Source: Phoronis australis (taxonomy: Eukaryota; Animalia; Phoronida). From it: DNA of 64,000 nt. A model generated the notes under the pieces. That model did no database searches. It was not told where the DNA came from and worked only from the letters and a program-made list of their open reading frames with translations. Shown here piece after piece: positions 56,801 through 64,000 of the stretch (the first letter of the stretch is position 1; the number at the start of each line of letters is the position of its first letter). The stretch is taken from contig NMRA01000047.1 of the NCBI GenBank assembly GCA_002633005.1, positions 436,913 to 500,912 of the forward strand, in the 5' to 3' direction. The translations under genes were made by a program, and so were the position numbers.

Positions 56801-59800
56801 CCTGGTGTCATTACATCATCATAACCCAGTGTTTTATCCCCATTCTCTCAGTCCCAGTTTCTGTTGTGAGTTAGTGATGCAGTATAAGTAGATTAATCCA
56901 TGCTGGGAACTACTTTCCAATGCATATTTCAATTCTTGGGTTTTTGTAGACAAAACTGCTTTTATTTCACCAATTTTGAAAATTCAAAAACCTACAAACT
57001 TTTACTCCCCGTAGTTTCCATGTCCCTAAAAGAAAGCAACCAAGATGTGATGTCATAAGAAACAGTTATTACCCACACTATGTGACCTGATGAATTTGAG
57101 TCACTCTATTGATGATTAGCCCCCTAGTGAGAGCAGTTGATCTCATCACACTGGAGAAATTTCTCCAAATGGATTCTTATCTTGTTTAACGGGGCTGTTC
57201 ACAGAATGAATACCACTAACCAAGCCAGGGAGCAGAGAGGCACTGAACATCTAGATATGACTTTCCCACTTTGTTTTTCTTCCTTATTCCTTGTTAGAAT
57301 GAATGCTGTTACCAACCAGGGACTTATTGGTAACAATTTTGATTAGCAAGTCAGATTTTGTCTGACCAAGACATCTTTCTCCAGAAAATTTTTCTCATGT
57401 TCTGTTTGACTGCTTTGTTTCTACGCAGTGATGATTTTCTGTCTCGACAAAACAAGACAGTTGTATTCCTGGAGTGAATATCATACTTTGAGACGTACTA
57501 GTATTGTCAACGCTTTGAGACGTACTAGTACGTTGACACTTTGAGATGTACTAGTATGTCGACACTTTAAGACGTCCTGGTATGTCGACACTTTGAGACG
57601 TACTAGTATGTCGACATTTTGAGGCATACTAGTATGTCGACACTTTGCAATAGCTTGTTGGTGATGAATTGATTAATAAGTGTCTATGTATTTTCTCACT
57701 AGTCACATGACCATCATATGACCATCATATGACCATCACATGACCAATACTGGCCAGGTATAGTTGGTATTCACTTTTTCACTTGCTTTGTTTTGTTAAT
57801 AGTTATTATAACATCAAATTTACATTGATACAGAAGATAGCTGCTGTGTTAATAGTGTTCCTAATGTTGTTACCTGTCAATCATATATCTAACACTAATT
57901 AATAATTGCAGGTGTTTCACATGTGGAGGTGACGGAAGAGTGACATGTCCCGTCTGCCATGGTTACCGGCGTCTGCGTCATTTTATCTTGTTAACGGTCA
58001 AGTTGTAAGTGTCATTGTCCATAATATAATGACAGGAGTCCTAACAACACTGATAGTTTGGTGATGTCTCACTAATATGACAGGAGTCATAACAACACTG
58101 ATAGTTTGGTGATGTCTCACCAATAATTTGCCAAAGTTATCCTTTACCATAATTCAAGTGCTTCCAACATTGTTCTCAATGCTCAGATAGTTGCCATGGA
58201 TCTGCATGAAGCACTAATTTTTCTGCTTTTTGTTCATGGAATTTAACAAAAAAAAATTTCATCTGCATTCCTTGTCATGAGGTTTTTACCTTATGTTTTG
58301 AGTATTAACTTTCAACAATGCCAGAATGTTTATCAGATGCAAAAGGTAATAACAACCATAGTGGAGTTTGCTGAAGCATTGATATGTCAGTAATGTCACT
58401 GGTCCTGAAGTCAAACATTGATATGTCAGTAATGTCACTGGTCCTGAAGTCAAACATTGATATGTCAGTAATGTCACTGGTCCTGAAGTCAAACATTGAT
58501 ATGTCAGTAATGTCACTGGTCCTGAAGTCAAACTTTGATATTTCACTACACTGGTCCTGAAGTCAAGTCATTAGCTGCCATTAAGGGAACCTTGTCTGAA
58601 TTCTAATGGAAATATTCTGAAAAGTGTAACATTTGAATACAAAAGCCTAATGTGGGCCTATTTTAAGTAAAAAATATGATAAAAATTATAATATTGTGTA
58701 CTGTCAATTTGTAATAATGGTGATGACTGTGTAATAGAACCATTAATGATAATATAATAGCTATAACATTTGCTCTTTATAATGTATTGCGTCCAGGTAT
58801 ACTGTGTTAGTTTGATGCCCTAAATATTCTGCCCTCAGTGAATTTATGTCTATCCTCCGTAAAGGCAATAGTCAGGTGTAACGTGCCCGTATTTTGAGAA
58901 CCAGTTTGATGCCCGTTATGTAGTGGGGAAAACTGGTTCTCAAAATTTGGGCACATTATATCCTCAGTAAATACTGTGTGAGGGCCCTCTTGGAAAGCAG
59001 TGCTATCACTGAAGAGGCCACCCTCATTTTAAACATCACATATAAATAAATAAAAAAATAAATGTCTTTAGTAAATGCTCTGTTTGTCTTTAGTAAGACG
59101 CATGATGATGATCATGTGATTGAGGAGACGGACATGCCAGATAAACTAGTGGAAGACGTCGGCGGTATTGTCATATTTGAGCAGACATTACCTATGGTAG
59201 GTACACGTAACTGTTGTGAAGGTTTATTTCGTATGCTTTGCTCTGTCTGAGTGTTTAATCCTTGACTTGCATGATACACTGGATGCCTCAGAACCCTTGT
59301 ATTTCTTATGACACATTTTATGCAAATTCAACTCATGTTTGAGGCTTAATAATTTAAAAGTGAACGTTATTCATGCAAGTCAACTGATATTTCTTTGTTG
59401 AGTATTTACAACTTTGGCTAAAAATAATTTGTTCTGGTTTGTTTTCTTTTGAAAATTGATTTGATTGTGTATTCTTAAGTTGTTATCTATCCTCAAAATT
59501 CTACCTGTGAGGTCAACGCTTGCAATGCCGGTGCATTGTATTGTGTCTTTTTGAAAGGTTGTGAACATAACTAAAATTGATGCAGTGGGCACTTATTTTT
59601 ATGAGTTGCGAGACTAGATACACGTAATATGCCTTTTTCTTGCATGAATTCAAGATTTTTCACTTTCTATGTAGTAGTAGACAGTGCAGCCATCTATTAG
59701 TTAATTGCAGATCATGTTCAGCCAACCTGTTACAAAATAATCTATCACTTTGTCCAGGTATTTCCAATTACGGCCTACCCTGTTGGACAGATCAACGAGC

Positions 59801-60295
59801 GCTCCATTGCCTTCGTCGAGTTACACCAAACGAAATGGCCAGACAAACGCATTCTGCAACAGGTTAGAAAACTGCAACTTTGTCACTGTGTAAAAACTTT
59901 CGTGCAGCACATGCTATATAAAGCCAGAGCCTCGTGACATAAAATTTCTATGTTTGATTTGTAGCAATAACATCTTGCACTTGCCTATATGTTGCTTTCA
60001 TAGATTGTTGGACAGCTTTTGACATCTTTCATCATCGCGCAGTTGTGCATCCTGGGTAAGTGACTGTAGAATGTTGGTGCCAGACTCAACAATTTAGGTT
60101 GTTTTAGGATCACTATATGAATAACATGGAATATACTTTACTTTGTAGCGTCAAACACTGAAAGCTGTTCCTGTGACGGAAGTTGCTTATAAGTGGAAAG
60201 ATGTCAACACAAGATTCTGGGTTTACGGAACAAGCAGAGAGGTGTATGCCCCTGACTATCCACAGCAGTGCTGCTGGGGATGTCAGATCTTGTGA
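50898..60295 (+). CDS. SSUH2: SSUH2-like protein (DnaJ-type CxxCxGxG zinc-finger region, C-terminal CaaX); at least one internal exon missing, true start uncertain
   Basis: Exons 50839-50931 (ATG at 50898 in aaccATG context), 51126-51260, 52588-52663, 52974-53103, 54821-55006, [missing], 57912-58004, 59094-59196, 59758-59862, 60149-60295 (TGA). Family-typical segments: EESRTAMLEYVAQQCCYG, VDGPENGVPPHPW, EVPHTSEVR, CFTCGGDGRVTCPVCHG, RILQQRQTLKAVPVTEV, FWVYGTSREVYAPDYPQQCCWGCQIL*. Confidence 0.85.
51231..51438 (+). repeat. 52-bp tandem repeat, 4 copies, spanning an SSUH2 exon/intron boundary
   Basis: gatatgaacaagtgggtgattatgatcaag|gtgtgtgaagacatggtttgtt at 51231, 51283, 51335 and 51387. Confidence 0.92.
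51610..51780. repeat. 51-bp tandem repeat, 3 copies, with a single dispersed homolog at 5565-5636
   Basis: Unit cacattgtaccagatgtgcgcaggcctcgcatatgggcccaatgcactgat. Confidence 0.85.
53287..53349. repeat. (TTA/TTG)n microsatellite
   Basis: Directly visible; explains the poly-Ile ORFs 53185-53455. Confidence 0.85.
54560..54743. repeat. 19-bp minisatellite
   Basis: Unit ttgagttagttggcccaat, with some interrupted copies. Confidence 0.9.
55529..55859. repeat. 40-bp minisatellite running into the assembly gap
   Basis: Unit aatgtgtaacaacaaaacatgtgtttcaatgaatattgaa, at least 8 near-identical copies. Confidence 0.92.
55860..56592. other. Assembly gap (733 N)
   Basis: Run of N flanked by two different minisatellites. 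Confidence 0.99.
56593..56830. repeat. 25-bp minisatellite emerging from the gap
   Basis: Unit catcatcataaccctggtgtcatta. Confidence 0.9.
57485..57647. repeat. 26-bp minisatellite, about 6 copies
   Basis: Unit actttgagacgtactagtatgtcgac. Confidence 0.88.
58377..58566. repeat. 39-bp minisatellite, 4-5 copies
   Basis: Unit cattgatatgtcagtaatgtcactggtcctgaagtcaaa. Confidence 0.9.
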
Positions 60296-60320
60296 GTGAC
60301 AGGTCTGGTGGCCAATCCAC

Positions 60321-60441
60321 TGTCAGCACAAGGGTCTGGGTGTACGGGACTAGTGGAAGGGTGTATGGCCCTGACTATCCACAGCAGTGGTTCTGGGGAT
60401 GTCGGATTTTGTGAGTGACAAGTCTGGTAGCTAATCAGCTG
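60321..60441 (+). repeat. Diverged tandem duplicate (119-bp period) of the end of the SSUH2 last exon, lying in the 3' UTR
   Basis: Aligns without gaps to 60202-60322 and translates VSTRVWVYGTSGRVYGPDYPQQWFWGCRIL*. Confidence 0.88.
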
Positions 60442-61749
60442 ATACCAAAAAGTCCATGTCAATCAAAGTATTCCAATGGACCTGTTCCAATATATTAGAA
60501 ATATTAAGTTGCATTACCCACAATCCTGTAGGCATGCAGTGAAGCAGTGATGTGACATTGTGATGTTCATTGTCTACTGAGGGATTTTGAATTTCATTTT
60601 TAACTTGATTATTGGAATGTAATCAAATTTATCCCATTTTTGTCATAAATTAGTTTGTTTGCGCTAGATGCCTCTAGTGTTAAGGAACAAGCTCTACACA
60701 GACTTATTTAGTTTTACAAAATGTGTAACTTTCATTTTATTTTCAGTATTTTAGGTTTAGCCTACAGGATGTGCCGCTAGACACTACTTGTAGCTCTCAA
60801 TCCACTGTTGTTCATTGTAGTCTGCTGCTGTCTGATCAGTTGGTTGATAGAAGTGATCTGTTGTACTATGCTAAATACATCTGTGGCTTTGATGATCTTA
60901 CAGTTCAGCTGTAGTTGGGGAAAATAGTGGCATTAGCAAATGTGAGCACAATAGAGTGAAATGTTTTTGGATATTGAATTGTCAAACGTTGTTATTTTGA
61001 TAAATGAAATAGCTTTATTGATATGAGGATTTAAATATTTACATTTCTATTGGCAGTATCTCTGATAGTCATTTACTGTGGGTAATCAGCCAGATGTGTT
61101 ATCTTATGCTCAGTCAGATTTTATTCTAGAATGGTTTATTTTTATTGTGAACTTGTGTGATACCAGTTTTTGGTACCTAAAATTTTGCCTAAGCAATTAC
61201 ATCAAGAATTAGACATCCTTGTCAGTTTGTGAGAATTCCAGCCACTCATGACCCCTTTTGGCCATTTTCAGATGGGAGCTTGGTTGTATTTTTTCACTGG
61301 TGCTCACTTTACTTTTTTACAGTGCTACGTTTCTGTTTAGACAGAGTAAGTACTCTTGTGGCATTGTTTGAAACAGTGTTAAGTTTGCATCTAGACAGGA
61401 CCCCTTTTGGCATTGTTTGGAATGCAGATGTGACCTTGTTGGTTTGCGTTAACAATGCAACTGCACATGTATGAAAGCACTCGGGATAACATTCATAATG
61501 ATGTTTTATTAAACACGGAATCTTTTGGCAGTTATTAGATATAATAAGTATCTACAATACTCTAGTCTTACTAAATTGTCAGGTTTGTGGTGGTTACTTG
61601 AATACAATTGTGTTGATAACATTTTTGAAGTGTTGTTTTTTTGTTATGTACATGCCTTTACTTAGAGTAGTTTCAGGTGAACTTAACTAACTAGTCATTT
61701 GAGAAGAAGCTGTAACACATTATATATTATTTGTTTTCTCTTAGAATGT

Positions 61750-63108
61750 TTATTACTTATACGGATTTTTACTTAATTCCGACAAGTATTTTGCTCTGTC
61801 GTCAATTTTTTTTTGTTCGCACTCACAATTTTTGTCCGATCCGCACAAAATTCGCACACGACGTGTAGATCTGGAAGTCTATTGTTTTTGGTCATGATCT
61901 GATTCAAAATGGCGGACGTGGTGGCCATTTTGTTTCCGGATTTAGAGTCAAATGCTCATAGAGACCGCATTTTTTTATGTACAGGGCTGAAAATTGGTAC
62001 AATTATTATACCACTTAAGTGCTACAACTGCGCCTAAATCGTTGACTTCCGGTCAAAGATGGCGGAAATATTGGCAATGGCGCATGCACACCTTGATATC
62101 TGGCCAAAAACGTTTTCTCCTGTAGAGGGCGCATTGGCAAACCAATCATTTTCAAACTGGTCACGTGTTCGTTGCTTTTAATTTGCTTTTATAAAATTTT
62201 GTTTAACCGGAAGTCACTTTCAAGATGGCGGCTTTAGCGCATTTTCACCCATTTTCGACTGTTCTGCGGTCGCATTTTTAATGGGAAGAGCAACTGATGT
62301 GAATTTTTGCATGTGGATTCCTTGAAGTATGTTCTTTCAAAAGTTCTCCGATAACGTTTTCCTCAAACTTACCGTTTTTGAGTTGACTTTGAATTTCAAA
62401 AAATGCAGAATTTCAATTTTCCGAAAAATTTATGGAATGTTGCAAAGCTATCTATTTAGATAGAGTTTTGAACGGGCTTTCAGAGGATAGTTTACATTTT
62501 TCGCTACGATGTCTACTTTTTGAATTATTCGAGATTTTCTGATAGCGCTGTTCCTTTGTTGACCGGGCTTGCTGCAATGAAGTTGGTTTAGCTTCTATTA
62601 AACAAGACCATGAAGACATTGCTCATGGAGGCCGCATATTTCGACGTACAGGGCTGAAAACTGGTACGATTTTTAAAGCACACAAGCGCTAGAACTGTGC
62701 GGTAAATCGTTAAGTTCCAGTTAAAGATGACGGAAATATCGGCAATGGCGCATGCACACCTCGATATCTGGCCGAAAACGTCTTCCCCTGTAGAGGGCGC
62801 ATTGGTGACCCAATCATTTTCAATCTCGTCACCGGTTTGTTTTGTTTGATTGGCTATTATAAGTTTGTTTAACCGGAAGTCACTTACAAAATGGCGGCTC
62901 TGGCGCATTTTCACCCATTTTCGATTGTTCCGCGGTCGCATTTTTAATGGGAAGAGCAAATGACGTGAATTTTTGCATGTGGATTCCTTGAAGTATGCTC
63001 TTTCAAAAGCTCTGCGATAACGTTTTTGTCAGACTTACCGTTTTCGAGTTATTTGACTTTATTTCCAAAAAACGCAAAATTTCAATTTTTTTCTAAGAGT
63101 TTACGGAC
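61750..63108 (+). mobile_element. Helentron-like repeat element with a roughly 667-bp internal tandem duplication, interrupted by the LINE
   Basis: Sequence from 61954 (gctcatagagaccgcat...) is repeated with divergence from 62621 (gctcatggaggccgcat...). (a)agatggcgg-type motifs recur. Similarity of the second copy to the first stops at the RT junction near 63108. Family assignment is tentative. Confidence 0.55.
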
Positions 63109-64000
63109 ATCATAGTGATGCAGAACGTCATTGGAAAGATCCCTGAAAGGATCATGGCACAAAGAATCACCAGGTTAATTGAACCCTGGCTCCTCCCAGG
63201 AATGGGTGCTTATCGACCTGGTAGAGATTCATGGGCCAATGCAGCTTCTGTTGCAGATGAGATATGGCAAGGTTTTGAAAACAAAGAAAACACTCTCCTC
63301 GTTGGCCTTGATCTGGAAGATGCGTACAATTCTGTTCAACTTCCAAAACTTGCGGATGGCATGCTTCATCTTGGTATTCCAGTACGATGCGTTAGATGGG
63401 TGATGAGTGCCCTCAACAGCCGGCGATGCATGCTAAAACATCGCACATGGCGTTCAGAATGGGTATCTGTCAACACAGGCTTACCCCAAGGTTCACCTCT
63501 GTCCCCAGTGCTGTTCAATATCTACACCCTCCCACTCGCCAGACTGAACCGCGCTGACTGCCGACTTCGCACCTTTGCAGACGACATGCTGCTGTCATCT
63601 CAAGGACAAACACATCATGAGATTCTACACAAAGCACAGTCTACATTGATGGAAATCTGCGAGTTTTGTGCTACCAGCGGAATGAGCTGCAATGGAGACA
63701 AATGTGAAGCTCTCTTTTGTACTCTGGACAATCGCCTCAGTGTTGATGATTTCCCTTGCCCTACCTACGATGGGAAGTTGATCGCAACATCCGACCACAT
63801 GCGTCACTTGGGTGTAGAACTCGACCGCAGGCTCAACTTCTCAACTCAAGTTAACAGTATGATCAGCCGTGCTAACAGAGGAATCAATGCCCTTAGGGCT
63901 GCGGCTGGTCGGAAGGCGGAGGAAAGGCACCTCGTCATGCTTTATAAAGCCCTGGTCACTTCGGTCTTCGACTACGCTCTCCCCATGATCAACATCAGTA
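63109..64000 (+). mobile_element. 5'-truncated non-LTR retrotransposon (LINE) reverse transcriptase, uninterrupted reading frame running off the window edge
   Basis: About 297 codons with no stop; it is absent from the ORF track, probably because no stop codon falls inside the window. RT motifs: IGKIPERIM, GAYRPGR, LDLEDAYNSV, GLPQGSPLSPVLFNIY, FADD, HLGVELDRRLNF, LYKALVTSVFDYA. Confidence 0.92.

Noticed and set aside
60293-60414. Stop-codon readthrough into the duplicated SSUH2 tail
   Set aside because: The 119-nt period puts the copy out of frame.

Overview
This is an AT-rich eukaryotic (animal, probably invertebrate) genomic window with GT-AG spliced genes; I found no prokaryotic features and no CRISPR array. 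Four protein-coding genes can be reconstructed exon by exon with consistent splice phases. (1) The 3' part of an OCA2/P-protein gene (+, 13 exons, 2112-20960). (2) An ankyrin-repeat gene nested antisense inside an OCA2 intron (-, 11447-14656, about 810 aa), carrying two RVxF-type motifs. (3) A two-domain carboxylesterase/cholinesterase-family gene (+, 29257 to about 46506, about 1080 aa). Its N-terminal domain looks catalytically dead (GSGSG in place of GESAG) and is almost intronless, and it is spliced in frame to an intact C-terminal esterase. (4) An SSUH2-like gene (+, about 50898-60295) ending in a CaaX box, with at least one exon missing, probably lost in a 733-nt N gap. Introns and intergenic DNA hold many non-autonomous DNA transposons: an IS3EU-like foldback with a 6-bp TSD, a hAT-like family with 5-bp TSDs, Kolobok- and Harbinger-like MITEs, and two Helentron/DINE-1-like elements, one carrying a periodic CTCF-like motif array. 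There are also many minisatellites and a 5'-truncated non-LTR reverse transcriptase running off the right edge. All assignments come from manual reading and recalled family motifs; no database searches were run.
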